The notes under the pieces: generated by a model | What the model saw: only the letters and a program-made list of their open reading frames with translations | Databases searched by the model: none | Told to the model about the DNA's origin: nothing | Translations under genes and position numbers: made by a program | NCBI GenBank assembly: GCA_963744145.1 | Contig: CAVUSO010000001.1 | Coordinates: 3,424,001-3,488,000, forward strand | Reading direction: 5' to 3' | Origin: an uncultured cyanobacterium | GTDB lineage: Bacteria; Cyanobacteriota; Cyanobacteriia; Cyanobacteriales; CAWUOF01 | Length of the DNA: 64,000 nucleotides | Shown: piece after piece, positions 29,755-40,105 of the stretch | How the letters are laid out: the number at the start of each line of letters is the position of its first letter | Numbering within the stretch: position 1 is the first letter of the stretch

Positions 29755-32162
29755 TAGGTTTCCTCCACAGTAGTAAGTTCTTGGGTAGATACTTCATCTT
29801 CTGATGCTTCGATAAAAGGATAGAGATCAACTAACTCTCGCCAGATAGTTTCATAAGTCCGCTTTTTTTTGTCAAACATCCAGGGGGCTATATTGCCATC
29901 ATTTGTCTTAGCACTACACCAAGATTCCTCAAATTGCTCCTTTAATAGTTTTTGTGCTTCCTGATCCTTCAAGCGGACTCGAAAGTATCGATAGTTAAGG
30001 ATAGCAGTATTTTTTCCTTGTTTTAATAGACCCCGAATTTGATAAAGTTGCGATCGCGGAAATTTCGCTTTTTTTAAAGCTTTAGCAGTATTCAAAATTC
30101 CTTTTATTTCGTGCAAAGTATAGGGCGCACCGTAAAGCTTAAGTTTTTGACCATTTTTCCCAGTCTCCGTTAACCCTTGCTCCCGAAATGCTTTAACATT
30201 TGAAGAAATCATTGTCACTGACTTCATTACTAAAAAGTCTATAGTACCACCATAGTATTGATACTTAGCTTTCAATTCTTTAGCGCGAGATTTGGCAGAT
30301 TTAAGTAACTGCTCAGTCAGCTCCTGAGCATAGTAAATAGGAGTAGTATCGGAGGTAATTAATACCCCAATTGACATACTTAGCTTAGATCGCGAAATAT
30401 CTGCCTGCTCATATTGATAACGATGACACTGACCAGACTGATAGTTCTCTATAAGTAGTAATGCAATTAGATGTAATTTGCTCTCGATCAGAAGAGAAAA
30501 TGCAGAAAGCACTACCTCCGCCACCTCAAAATCTGGTTGAAACTGATAAGCTTTTAACTTAGCTAACTGTCTCTCAAATTCTTCACCAATAGTTTGGGCA
30601 ATTTCTAAAGCTTTGTCTGCGGGAACAATCAACATCACATCATCACCACCAATAGCGATAATCTCAAAGGGATGCACCCAAGGAAATAACTTTGTTTGGG
30701 ATTCAGTATCAGTGATATTTTCGATTTTTCGAGGATGGAGATGTTTAGCGATCGCCGTATAAACTGATTCTGTTGTTGCCTGGAAAATATCAATGCTGAA
30801 TTGCTTGTACTCTTGGGGAGTCCGAATTTTTTGAATATAACCTCCCATATTGTTCCCATCAGCGTAAATATAAGCAACAAATCCTTCTGTAAAACCACTA
30901 ATTGATGGTATAGGACGGGATTTAGCAATATCTTGCATTCTCTGTGATTCCCTCACGTTATTGCACTGCACATCAGATGGAAGATTTTGATAGTAAGTCT
31001 GATCCTGGTTTGTCTTGTTCAGAAATAATTTGAATTTCTTTACCCAACCATCTACCGATTCTGATTGCCAGTTCAATTGATACCACTGCTGATTTTGGCT
31101 GTCTTCTCCTTTGGTTTGTTGTCCAACAATACGTTTACGAGCTAAAGCTTCTGAAAACCAAGGTTTTTTAGGGAGGTCTGCTTGAATAACAGCAGAACGG
31201 CGATCGCTTTCATCCCTGACTAAATAAGGATGTGTTTCAAACATCGGGGGATAACATCTACTCGGACGTTGACTATTGTTTAAAGCATTACCATTACGTC
31301 GTTTGTTAAATAAAGCTGCCAATTTACCCGCTAATTCGTTAAAGCTTTTACGATTTTCAAACAGTTTTTTCCAATCGGTTTCTAAATCTGGCTTACCAAA
31401 ATAAGCATCTACCAAAGGATGCGTTTTTTGCTCTAGATACCAGTCAAGCCATTTGGTTTTCTCTAGGGATTCATGTAATAAACCAAACCGAATTTCTAAC
31501 AGCCTAAAGGTATCACCTACAGCACAGCTATTAGCAGTGAGAGTTTCTTCGGTATAGCGTTTTTCTATAGCATTAGCTAGATCATCAACAAAAGCTGCTG
31601 GACAGAAAGCCAGAATATTACCACCAGTAGAATAAATAATTAACTCTGGAATTAGTGCTGCTTCTAAATCAGGAAAATGATTAGCTAACCATCGAGAAAT
31701 TGATAAATTTTTCTTTGGCTTTTTAAAAAATGCTGGTAAATCAACGAGGTTGATCCGATCTAAAATTGCAGACGCTCCTCGAATATCTTGAAGTTTAGCA
31801 GCTTCAAAAACATATTGCTTGATTTTAGTAGCACCACCATAAACTAATCCAATCCGGGTGTTTTGCTTCCACAAGTCAGCATATTGCTCAGATAATTCTT
31901 TCATACTAGCTGGAAACCAATCTGGTCGAATAGCTTGAAGTTGCTCTACTTGATTTACAAGCGATCGCACTACTTCTGGAACTTCTCCCCCTGACTTTAA
32001 TGCTTTCCGCATTTGCTGTAATACTAATAGATCAAACTGAGGTTCACGTTGATCTCCCCAAGCAAGACACCACGCAATAGCAATATTTATCGACTTTTCA
32101 TCATTTTTCATGTCTGTCTTTTGGCATAAAATCGGACTTGGATGGGCTGTCATATTCACCAA
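29754..32162 (-). CDS. cas10: Cas10 (type III large subunit) with intact Palm GGDD and no obvious HD domain
   Basis: Motifs KIKQYVF...IRGAS, YSTGGN, YADGNNMG, IGGDDV and SQLYQIR. The start may be at 32153 or 32111. Confidence 0.95.
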   Translation of the reverse strand: MVNMTAHPSPILCQKTDMKNDEKSINIAIAWCLAWGDQREPQFDLLVLQQMRKALKSGGEVPEVVRSLVNQVEQLQAIRPDWFPASMKELSEQYADLWKQNTRIGLVYGGATKIKQYVFEAAKLQDIRGASAILDRINLVDLPAFFKKPKKNLSISRWLANHFPDLEAALIPELIIYSTGGNILAFCPAAFVDDLANAIEKRYTEETLTANSCAVGDTFRLLEIRFGLLHESLEKTKWLDWYLEQKTHPLVDAYFGKPDLETDWKKLFENRKSFNELAGKLAALFNKRRNGNALNNSQRPSRCYPPMFETHPYLVRDESDRRSAVIQADLPKKPWFSEALARKRIVGQQTKGEDSQNQQWYQLNWQSESVDGWVKKFKLFLNKTNQDQTYYQNLPSDVQCNNVRESQRMQDIAKSRPIPSISGFTEGFVAYIYADGNNMGGYIQKIRTPQEYKQFSIDIFQATTESVYTAIAKHLHPRKIENITDTESQTKLFPWVHPFEIIAIGGDDVMLIVPADKALEIAQTIGEEFERQLAKLKAYQFQPDFEVAEVVLSAFSLLIESKLHLIALLLIENYQSGQCHRYQYEQADISRSKLSMSIGVLITSDTTPIYYAQELTEQLLKSAKSRAKELKAKYQYYGGTIDFLVMKSVTMISSNVKAFREQGLTETGKNGQKLKLYGAPYTLHEIKGILNTAKALKKAKFPRSQLYQIRGLLKQGKNTAILNYRYFRVRLKDQEAQKLLKEQFEESWCSAKTNDGNIAPWMFDKKKRTYETIWRELVDLYPFIEASEDEVSTQELTTVEET

Positions 32163-32457
32163 CTGTATTTATTCTGAGTGAACACTTAACTGAGCTATCG
32201 GGATTAATTTCTTGGTTTTACGCAAATGCTGGCTTTTTGTAATAATTCTTTACATGGCCAATCTGGGTAATACCAAGATTCCCAAACTCTTTCCTGTATT
32301 TTAACATCGCTATAGAAGACCCTTCTTCCAGCGTAACCACATCTTAAAGGATAATTTTACCGTTAAAAAAGAAAAATATCGCCGCCTCTGCAAAGCTGTT
32401 CTCCTCAATGAATGGGTCGAAACACCGGACAATCCAACGTTCTGACATATTTTCCGA

Positions 32458-33051
32458 TCAAACTGGTAATCTTCCCAATATCTCATCAACGCTAACTACT
32501 AAATCCGGAAATGCAAGGGGTGAGATACTTTCACCTCGTCTAAATCGCTGGATACTTTGATAACCATTAGCACTTGGATCTCGATAAACCTCAACTAATT
32601 GTGCTTCTAAATTTATGATCCAAAGTTCAACAATCCCGGCTCTACTATAGATAAGTGCTTTTTCACGGTCTCTTCTAATTGTGGTATCTGCTACCTCAAT
32701 TAGTAAAAGAACATCTTCAGACTCAGGGTGTCTGTCGTCATAACCATATTGGTCTGGTTTTGCTACCACTACATCAGGCTGCAAGTCAGAATAACCATCT
32801 ATATGGACAGGATTTTGTACTGATAAGGAAATAATCTTTTTAGCAAAAAGTTCAGCGAAAATCATTGCTACACGATTAACACAGCTTGCATGACGAGTAC
32901 CAATCGGTGCCATAAGAACAATATCCCCATCAATTAGCTCTACCCGATCATCTGGTCTAAGTATTCCCACCTCACCTAGTTGGTAATATTCCTCTACCGT
33001 AAATTTCTTTCTTAATTGTTTGGCTGTCACTACAGTCATAATTCTCACCAT
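32458..33051 (-). CDS. Uma2 family endonuclease
   Basis: Motifs FTVEEYY, RVELIDG, QPDVV, LLIEVADT and YSRAGIVELW. Confidence 0.92.
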   Translation of the reverse strand: MVRIMTVVTAKQLRKKFTVEEYYQLGEVGILRPDDRVELIDGDIVLMAPIGTRHASCVNRVAMIFAELFAKKIISLSVQNPVHIDGYSDLQPDVVVAKPDQYGYDDRHPESEDVLLLIEVADTTIRRDREKALIYSRAGIVELWIINLEAQLVEVYRDPSANGYQSIQRFRRGESISPLAFPDLVVSVDEILGRLPV

Positions 33052-33099
33052 CCTATTACAGCTATAGCTTTTGACTTTAATTCTTAATTTACCTGATCA

Positions 33100-33297
33100 G
33101 GAAGCGACGCAAGTAAACCGGAAAATCAGTATTCTAAATAGGTACTGGAAGTCCGTCGATCAGTAATATTGCTCCCATTTGGGTCATGATTTGGAAAAAA
33201 TACTGAGGGGAAACTTAGATGATTAAGTTGTCAATGTTCAGTCAATTCAATGCTTTCAGCTACCTTAACAGTTTCAACAGCACAAGTCAATTAATCT
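33100..33297 (-). promoter_or_regulatory. Orphan copy of the CRISPR promoter/leader (no repeats follow)
   Basis: The reverse complement aligns with about 17498-17695. Conserved parts include TTGACT-17 bp-TAAGGT, ctgttaaggtagctgaaagcattga, a boxA-like gaacattgacaacttaat, gatcgac, ctgatttt and tgcgtcg. Confidence 0.75.
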
Positions 33298-33791
33298 CCA
33301 ATCAAAGGCCCAATAAAAGACCAGCATCTATCGATACACCTTGAAGCGGAAATCAAAAGTCTGTTGATCCAGCTCAACTCTGTTTAGCTCTCGATCGCAC
33401 AGAGATTGGTAATAATCATGGGATCAGAAGAGAATACTGAATATTGGTATGATCAAACTAAACATCGATCGCCAACCAGAAGAGTTAGATAGAGAACAGC
33501 CCGAATTGAAGCTTAATAATAGGCACCGGAACTAGCTACACAATTAAGAGCATTGATCCAGATGATCTGTCAAAGAGGTAACATTGTTATTGAATAAGAC
33601 AAAAATAGGACAATTGGATATTGGGAGAATTTAGATGCTGAATTCCTTTCAAATAAGTAATTTTGGGCATCAATTTCCTCAAATCGGACAACAAGGTATT
33701 TTGCTGGGTGAAGTATCCTCATGAACTTGTGTAAAGTAAAAGTTGGCAAAAGAGAAGCTATTTTTGTGACTCGCTCCCAGAGCAATTAAGG

Positions 33792-34652
33792 TCAAAAACA
33801 GGAAAAATATTTTACGATTTTCCAGGATGCTTGCCAACTGCTTATTGTCCAAGATAGACCTAACATAAATATGATCATAAATAGGACTAAGTTGCTGGAT
33901 GAGGTGATTTTATCTCTAGAACTAAAATTAAACTTTTCATTCCCAATTATTATTCGGTCGAGCATGAGCCAACTAAGTTTAGTAATTAGCCATAAAGGTA
34001 TATAAATAATACTTAATGAAATTGTAATGATAATTAAATCAAATATAGGTTCACTGCTTCTGGTACTCATGAAAATCCAGTCGGTTAATAAAACTGTACC
34101 AAAAAGGGATAATAAAAAGGTTTTATCCTTGAGAATTGCATCAATTCTTTGACTAAAAGACATATGATCTTTGCGGACAAAATAAATACCAAATAATAGG
34201 GTAAAGGGAAACAAAAAATACAGGGAGTTTTTGACCACAAAGTAATCAGTATGATTGCTAGTTTTTATAAAATAAAGATTATCATTATAATTTAATCCTT
34301 GTTGTTTAATATTAGCACAAAGCTGTTGTTGATCAGCAAAATAAACTACTTTCTTTGTTTGTTCATTAAATAAGAAAAACCGATCTTGTGATGATCCAGC
34401 GATCGCACCATCATAAAATCCATATTGGTGGACATATTTCACATAAACCCAATCATCAATATCATCATAATTACCGTGATGGTCACTATAAATTGCTGTA
34501 CCAACATTTGAAGGTAAACTATCATTATGACCAATTTTATTACCTCCAGGGGTGGATTCTTGCCATTCAGCAATTCCTATTGATCCCCCAGATACCTGTA
34601 CACAAAGCAATAACATCAACAAAGATAATAGTAAATATTGCAAGATTTTCAT
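33792..34652 (-). CDS. Hypothetical membrane protein (signal peptide, soluble domain, several C-terminal TM helices)
   Basis: Hydrophobic N-terminus and about four hydrophobic C-terminal segments. Confidence 0.65.
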   Translation of the reverse strand: MKILQYLLLSLLMLLLCVQVSGGSIGIAEWQESTPGGNKIGHNDSLPSNVGTAIYSDHHGNYDDIDDWVYVKYVHQYGFYDGAIAGSSQDRFFLFNEQTKKVVYFADQQQLCANIKQQGLNYNDNLYFIKTSNHTDYFVVKNSLYFLFPFTLLFGIYFVRKDHMSFSQRIDAILKDKTFLLSLFGTVLLTDWIFMSTRSSEPIFDLIIITISLSIIYIPLWLITKLSWLMLDRIIIGNEKFNFSSRDKITSSSNLVLFMIIFMLGLSWTISSWQASWKIVKYFSCF

Positions 34653-34660
34653 GGTTTTAT

Positions 34661-35308
34661 TTAACTATTTGACCCAGAGATACGACATTGGTGATCTGTA
34701 AACTTCTGCATGATCTCGGTTGGGATATTTTTAGCTAATGAGGGAACTGTTTTAGCTGCATATAATCGGAGAGAATTACCTGTAATTATAGGATCTAAAA
34801 ACTCGATCGACTGATCCATTCCCTCAAACTGAGTTTTGATGAGCAAATCAGGATGTAGATGTAACCGATCCCCGACGAATTCCCCATTTACCATAGTCAC
34901 AGTAGAAAATATCGGTGGAGGATTGGGAGGTATAGTTTCTCCCGGAAAAGGACCGTAAGATTGATATTGATTATCTTGATATTCGATTATACAAAGTTTA
35001 TTCTTAATTGTGGAGGGAAAAATGGACAGGGAAAAAAAGGGTGGAAACATTTCCCATTCGTTAGTCCAGAGTCCTAAATAAGGAGTTATATCTGGGTTAG
35101 CATCCCTCCACTTAGCTCGATATAAAATTAATTCTTTGGAAGGAACAGGAGGGGACTGAATTTTATCTAGACCAACTAGATTTCTGATCGTATCGACATC
35201 CTGATCCATCATTTTGCGTAATTTTGTTACTTCCGTAATATTAAGGGGTTGTTGAACCAATAATGTTGTGACCAGTAGGTAGGTTAAAAACATAGACAAT
35301 TCACACAC
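34661..35308 (-). CDS. Hypothetical secreted protein
   Basis: 215-aa ORF with a hydrophobic N-terminus; 8 bp from the next gene. Confidence 0.65.
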   Translation of the reverse strand: MCELSMFLTYLLVTTLLVQQPLNITEVTKLRKMMDQDVDTIRNLVGLDKIQSPPVPSKELILYRAKWRDANPDITPYLGLWTNEWEMFPPFFSLSIFPSTIKNKLCIIEYQDNQYQSYGPFPGETIPPNPPPIFSTVTMVNGEFVGDRLHLHPDLLIKTQFEGMDQSIEFLDPIITGNSLRLYAAKTVPSLAKNIPTEIMQKFTDHQCRISGSNS

Positions 35309-35331
35309 CCTAAATCATGGAAGATCGAGTC

Positions 35332-36783
35332 TTAATTACCAGACTGAATTTGGTTAATTAAATCATAAAAAGGTTGCCAATTATCCTCTTTCACGATCGG
35401 TTCCCAAATTGCTTCAATTTGCGGTCTGAGTAAGACAGTTTTGGGATTATGTGTTCGTAATCTTTTGGCTATTTCTGTCAATTCATCTGTAGATACAGTT
35501 TGTAAAAGATGATAATAAAATTCACACCAAGGAACAATTAATTCTCTTGGTTCAGCTTCACTCAATATTTTACTAGGATCATCACGCCAATGGTGATTAA
35601 ACTGTTCTCTAATCGCATAAAAGAAATCGTGATAACCGATTTGGGTATTACTTAATATTCTAATGGTTAAATTTAGTAATTTTTCCGCTTCCGCGATCGG
35701 TAAATCACCAAAACCTAATTTTTTCAGCATTTGTTGACGGTAAGCAGCATGATAATAATCGTCAAACCTATTGAGAGCATGATTCATCTCAGTTTGGTCA
35801 ATTATTCCGGCTAATGGACGCTGCAACATTTCTAAATTTAATTTACAGATTTCTGGTTGATTTCCGTAACAATAACGCCCATAATAATCAAAATAGGCGG
35901 CGGTAAATTGCAGATTATAGGTGGGAATAAAAGCATAAGGTCCATAATCAAAGCTTTCCCCAGTAATTGACATATTATCTGTATTTAATACAGCATGACA
36001 AAACCCTGCTGCCATCCACTGGGCAACTAATTCGGCGATTTTTTGCACTAATTCCGAGTAAAATTGGGCGTAGATTTCCCGATCGCCTTGAAAATTTTCT
36101 GGGGACTGATTTTTGGTTAAGGTCGGATAATAATAGGCGATGACATGATCTAAAAGTTTTTGAATTAAGTCTTGACGCTTAAAGTAGGATAACCGTTCAA
36201 AAGTGCCAAAACGAATGTGCGATCGACTAAACCGAACCATTACAGATGATCGGGTTGGTGAAGGTTCATCTCCCCTCCAAAGTGATTCTCCGGTTTCAAT
36301 CATACTTAAACAACTAGAAGTCCGGACACCCATTTGTTCTAATGCTTCTGCAGCTAAGACTTCCCGAACTCCGCCTTTCAGAGTTAGTCTACCATCAGCA
36401 CTACGGGAATAGGGGGTAGTACCAGATCCTTTAGTCCCGAAGTCGTAGAGTTCTCCATCTATACCTCTGACTTGACCATAAAGAAATCCTCTCCCGTCTC
36501 CTAGACGTGAATTATATTCTCCAAATTGATAGCCATGGTAACGTAATGCTAGGAATGGACGTACACCCTGAAATTGACCAAAAGCTGCAATGAAATGCTC
36601 ATCAGTAACAGTTTGGGGGTCTAGTCCTATTTTCAAGAGTAATCGATCATTGCGCCACCGCAAAATATGTTGGGGAAACTCAGCCGCAGCTACTAGATCA
36701 TAATAATCGTTTCCTAGTCTTTCTAACGCTGGCTCGTAGTTAATGGTCAAAAATGGGTTAGCAGTTTGAGTCATGGAGATCAT
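35332..36783 (-). CDS. selO: SelO/YdiU family protein adenylyltransferase
   Basis: Motifs [40 protein letters not shown] and DYGPY. Confidence 0.93.
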   Translation of the reverse strand: MISMTQTANPFLTINYEPALERLGNDYYDLVAAAEFPQHILRWRNDRLLLKIGLDPQTVTDEHFIAAFGQFQGVRPFLALRYHGYQFGEYNSRLGDGRGFLYGQVRGIDGELYDFGTKGSGTTPYSRSADGRLTLKGGVREVLAAEALEQMGVRTSSCLSMIETGESLWRGDEPSPTRSSVMVRFSRSHIRFGTFERLSYFKRQDLIQKLLDHVIAYYYPTLTKNQSPENFQGDREIYAQFYSELVQKIAELVAQWMAAGFCHAVLNTDNMSITGESFDYGPYAFIPTYNLQFTAAYFDYYGRYCYGNQPEICKLNLEMLQRPLAGIIDQTEMNHALNRFDDYYHAAYRQQMLKKLGFGDLPIAEAEKLLNLTIRILSNTQIGYHDFFYAIREQFNHHWRDDPSKILSEAEPRELIVPWCEFYYHLLQTVSTDELTEIAKRLRTHNPKTVLLRPQIEAIWEPIVKEDNWQPFYDLINQIQSGN

Positions 36784-36867
36784 TGTAAACTAGTCCCAAT
36801 CTATCTTGCCAGTAGTTGTTCGCTTCTAGCCAACATTTTTTAAATAGACTTTTTGCAAAAATAACTA

Positions 36868-36931
36868 GGACAGGCAAGATGCCTGTCCCACAAGAGATTT
36901 TTTGGTTGTGGGACAGGCATCTTGCCTGTCC
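36868..36931. repeat. REP-like 26-bp perfect inverted repeat; related copy at 43783-43819
   Basis: ggacaggcaagatgcctgtcccacaa ... ttgtgggacaggcatcttgcctgtcc. Confidence 0.75.
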
Positions 36932-36982
36932 AGTAAATTGATCGACCACCACACTGGCCAGGATTTTAGATCAGGATAAGCA

Positions 36983-38776
36983 TCAAATCATATAATAAAG
37001 TGATGCTTGGCGAGCATTCTGCCTGTCGATCGCCGCACAATGTTCGCAATTGTTAGCATCGTCACCCAAAAGTTTATAAGCGTAGCGAACCGCTTTAAGG
37101 GTAGCAGAATCTGTATCATCATCTTCTTTTTCCCGGAAAATGCGGTCTTTTGGGAACCACTCGCTAAAACCGAGTTTATGGAACGCTCGAGCTAAATCTG
37201 GACGGATACCAGCTAGCAGTACCACGATCCCGTCTCTTTGGCTCTGACGCAGGAAGTGTTCAATTAGCTCTATACAAACGATATCTGGATCGCGTACCCG
37301 CTTGAGTCGCAACACAATTGAGCGAATATTTGAACTAATCGCCCGCTGATTGAGTTCGTGGAGATAATGATCTAATTCCGGTGCTGCACCAAAGAATATC
37401 TCACCTTCAAGATCAAAAATTATGACAGATGTGCAAGGTGGGTCGCTAGGTACTATTTCACGCACAATACCTTGCTCACTAACCACCAGTTCTGCTGATT
37501 TCAGTTTGGCTGCTCTTGGCACAAATAGGATAATAGACAACGCAACACCCGTCAAAATTGAGTATTCAATATCAATAAAGATCGCGGTAAATGTGGTGAT
37601 CAAGACCAGAACAGTATCAAACCCTGAACCCTGAAAGGTATAGCGCAACCGTTTGAGATCAATTAACCGAGCGGCAGTGATCATGAGCAAAGCAGCCAGT
37701 GATGCTTTTGGGATATATTTCGTCAAAGGAGCCAGTGCTAGCACCGCCAAAGCGATGAAAAATGCTGCTAAAATGCCTGAAAATCGAGTCTTTGCTCCTG
37801 ATTGGTAATTGATCGCCGATCGACTCAAGGAGCCAGAACCAGGTAAACATTGCAAGAATCCACCACTCAGATTAGCTAACCCTTCAGCCAAACATTGACG
37901 GTTGTAATCAAGGATTTGTCCACTTTGGTTCGCGATCGCTTTCCCGATCGCCAGTGCTTCGAGCAATCCCAGAAACGCGATCGCTAATGCACCACTCGAT
38001 AGTTGTGAAATCCAAGCAAATTTAATCTCCGGAATATGGGGTAATGGTAAACTCGCAGGTATAGAGTTAGATACGGCTACTGCGGTCTTCCCACCATCAC
38101 CAGGTATAGTCCAGCCTAACAAATAAGCACCTATGGAGACAATGATTAGAACACTAATCATATCCATTTGCGGCAGCTGGTACTTCCGCACCCATTTTCG
38201 TAAAGCCAGCGCCATCACAATTGTCACCAGAGTGATCAAAAGTGCTTTATAGTTGGGATAATCTCCAGTTATTGTTAACCAAAGACGATAGAAGACTGGA
38301 TCGTGAGCAGTACCACGATCGCGAATACCGAGTGCATTACCAATTTGACCGACTCCTAATAGTACCGCAGCACCAGTCATAAAGCCAAGAATCACTGACT
38401 CGGAAATGTAACGAGTCAAGTCTCCTAACTTGAAAACCGCGATCGCAATTTGGATACAACCGATCATAATTCCCAGAAGAAACATGGCTTCATAAGCATC
38501 AAGTCGAGCATCAGGTTCAAAGAACCCTAATGTACTAAAAACCACCAGGGAAATTGCACTAGTCGGTCCGTTAATCAGATGGGATGATGAACCAAAAATC
38601 GAGCCAACTGCGGTCACAAAAATTGCCGAATAGAGACCAAAACGGGGATCTACACCAGCGATGAGTGCATAAGCAATCCCTTGCGGTAATGCGATCGCTG
38701 CCACAGTTAGAGCTGCGAGCAAGTCGGCGCGACCCTTGCTCCAGCTATAGTTCAAATAATGCTTCAGATAATACAT
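36983..38776 (-). CDS. SulP/SLC26 family anion permease with STAS domain
   Basis: Motifs ALPQGIAYA, GSSSHLINGPT, GLAN, SLSRS and STAS LEGEIFFGAA. Confidence 0.93.
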   Translation of the reverse strand: MYYLKHYLNYSWSKGRADLLAALTVAAIALPQGIAYALIAGVDPRFGLYSAIFVTAVGSIFGSSSHLINGPTSAISLVVFSTLGFFEPDARLDAYEAMFLLGIMIGCIQIAIAVFKLGDLTRYISESVILGFMTGAAVLLGVGQIGNALGIRDRGTAHDPVFYRLWLTITGDYPNYKALLITLVTIVMALALRKWVRKYQLPQMDMISVLIIVSIGAYLLGWTIPGDGGKTAVAVSNSIPASLPLPHIPEIKFAWISQLSSGALAIAFLGLLEALAIGKAIANQSGQILDYNRQCLAEGLANLSGGFLQCLPGSGSLSRSAINYQSGAKTRFSGILAAFFIALAVLALAPLTKYIPKASLAALLMITAARLIDLKRLRYTFQGSGFDTVLVLITTFTAIFIDIEYSILTGVALSIILFVPRAAKLKSAELVVSEQGIVREIVPSDPPCTSVIIFDLEGEIFFGAAPELDHYLHELNQRAISSNIRSIVLRLKRVRDPDIVCIELIEHFLRQSQRDGIVVLLAGIRPDLARAFHKLGFSEWFPKDRIFREKEDDDTDSATLKAVRYAYKLLGDDANNCEHCAAIDRQNARQASLYYMI

Positions 38777-38839
38777 TAGTGTTCCTTAGATGATCGTTGT
38801 TAATTGTTGGTAATTGAGTCAAACTCAGAACGGTTTACT

Positions 38840-39904
38840 TCACTTAGTTTTTGGTTTATACACCTGATCAATAATGCCGTTTTCAGCGAAAAATTTCTGT
38901 TTAGCATCGTCCCAATCTTGAGCGATGAGGGTGATCGGAAAAAGGTCAATTTTAGGAAACTGATTACTATATTTATTCAAAATATCTGGGTTAATTGGAC
39001 GATAGCCAAGTTGAGCGATGGTTTCCTGTGCTTGATCGGTAAACAGAAATTGCAAATAGGCTTTCGCTTCAGCATCAGTCTTGTGAGTAGTGGTATTAGC
39101 ATCTACCCATGCTACATAAGGTTGCGCCAGAATACTCACTGGTGGATAGACGATTTCCAGTTCACCCTTTGATTCAGAAACTTCCCGAATTGCTTCGTTT
39201 TCCCAAGTGAGATGCACATCACCAATTTTTTCGACAGCAAAGTTTATGGCTGAAGCGCGTGCGCCAGCAGCAAGAACTGTTGTATGTTCATAAAATGCCT
39301 TGAGAAACGTGATTGCATCAGATTCGCTACCACCACCTTTGATCACTGAACCCCAAGCAGCTAAAGCACTTAACTTACCGTTACCAGAGCTTTTCGGATC
39401 AGGTGTAATGATTTCCACACCAGAATTAATTAGATCAGACCAATCACGAATATTTTTCGGATTACCTTTACGCACAACAAAGACAATGGTCGAGAAATAA
39501 GGTTGGGAATCATTTGGTAGTCGCTTAGACCAACCTTCTGGGATGAGACCCTGTTTATGGAGCGCGTCCACGTCTGAATAGAGTCCTAATGTAACTACAT
39601 CTGCTGGTTCACTACCGTCTATTACCGAGCGACTCTGATGAGAAGACCCAGCATGGGACTGTTTAATTGTTAGATGTTTTCCAGTTTCTTTCTCGTATTT
39701 GGCGATAAATTGCTCATTTAAACTGAGATACAGTTCCCGGGTTGGATCGTAGGATACGTTCAGCAATTGATGTGACATCTTTGCTTGCACATTTTTGCCC
39801 ACGACTAGAATAATAGCCAGAAAAACCGCCGCGATCGCAGTCAGATCCAGCCAAGAAGTTCGTTTGATCAGCTTCAAAAAGTTGTTGCTCAAGGACATAG
39901 ACAC
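38840..39904 (-). CDS. sbp: Sulfate ABC transporter substrate-binding protein
   Basis: Motifs LLNVSYDPTRELY, QSHAGS, RKGNPKNIRDWSDL and WENEA. Confidence 0.93.
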   Translation of the reverse strand: MSMSLSNNFLKLIKRTSWLDLTAIAAVFLAIILVVGKNVQAKMSHQLLNVSYDPTRELYLSLNEQFIAKYEKETGKHLTIKQSHAGSSHQSRSVIDGSEPADVVTLGLYSDVDALHKQGLIPEGWSKRLPNDSQPYFSTIVFVVRKGNPKNIRDWSDLINSGVEIITPDPKSSGNGKLSALAAWGSVIKGGGSESDAITFLKAFYEHTTVLAAGARASAINFAVEKIGDVHLTWENEAIREVSESKGELEIVYPPVSILAQPYVAWVDANTTTHKTDAEAKAYLQFLFTDQAQETIAQLGYRPINPDILNKYSNQFPKIDLFPITLIAQDWDDAKQKFFAENGIIDQVYKPKTK

Positions 39905-40105
39905 ATCATTGGGTTAAGGGCAGAATAAGACTTTACCTGTATATTATATGTAAATCTACTTTAAGTCTATCAACTTGCTGTACTTTATTAAATCTGAATA
40001 AAAACCAGGAAGATAGGCGATCGAGCTATGATCAAGAGTTAAATATCGTTAATCTTGCAAAATAGATTAAATAGTAATAGAGTCGATAATGCCCCATCTG
40101 AGCCT

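Noticed and set aside
29754..32162. Type III-B (Cmr) classification
   Set aside because: The gene set (csx10, csx19, several Csm3-group RAMPs, no cmr1/3/4/5/6) fits type III-D.
17498..33297. Inverted 200-bp homology read as transposon ends of a mobile CRISPR island
   Set aside because: The repeats are promoter/leader sequences. No TSD or transposase is associated with them.
33570..33785. 71-aa minus-strand ORF
   Set aside because: Non-ATG start and no recognisable motif; possibly a decayed fragment, but unsupported.
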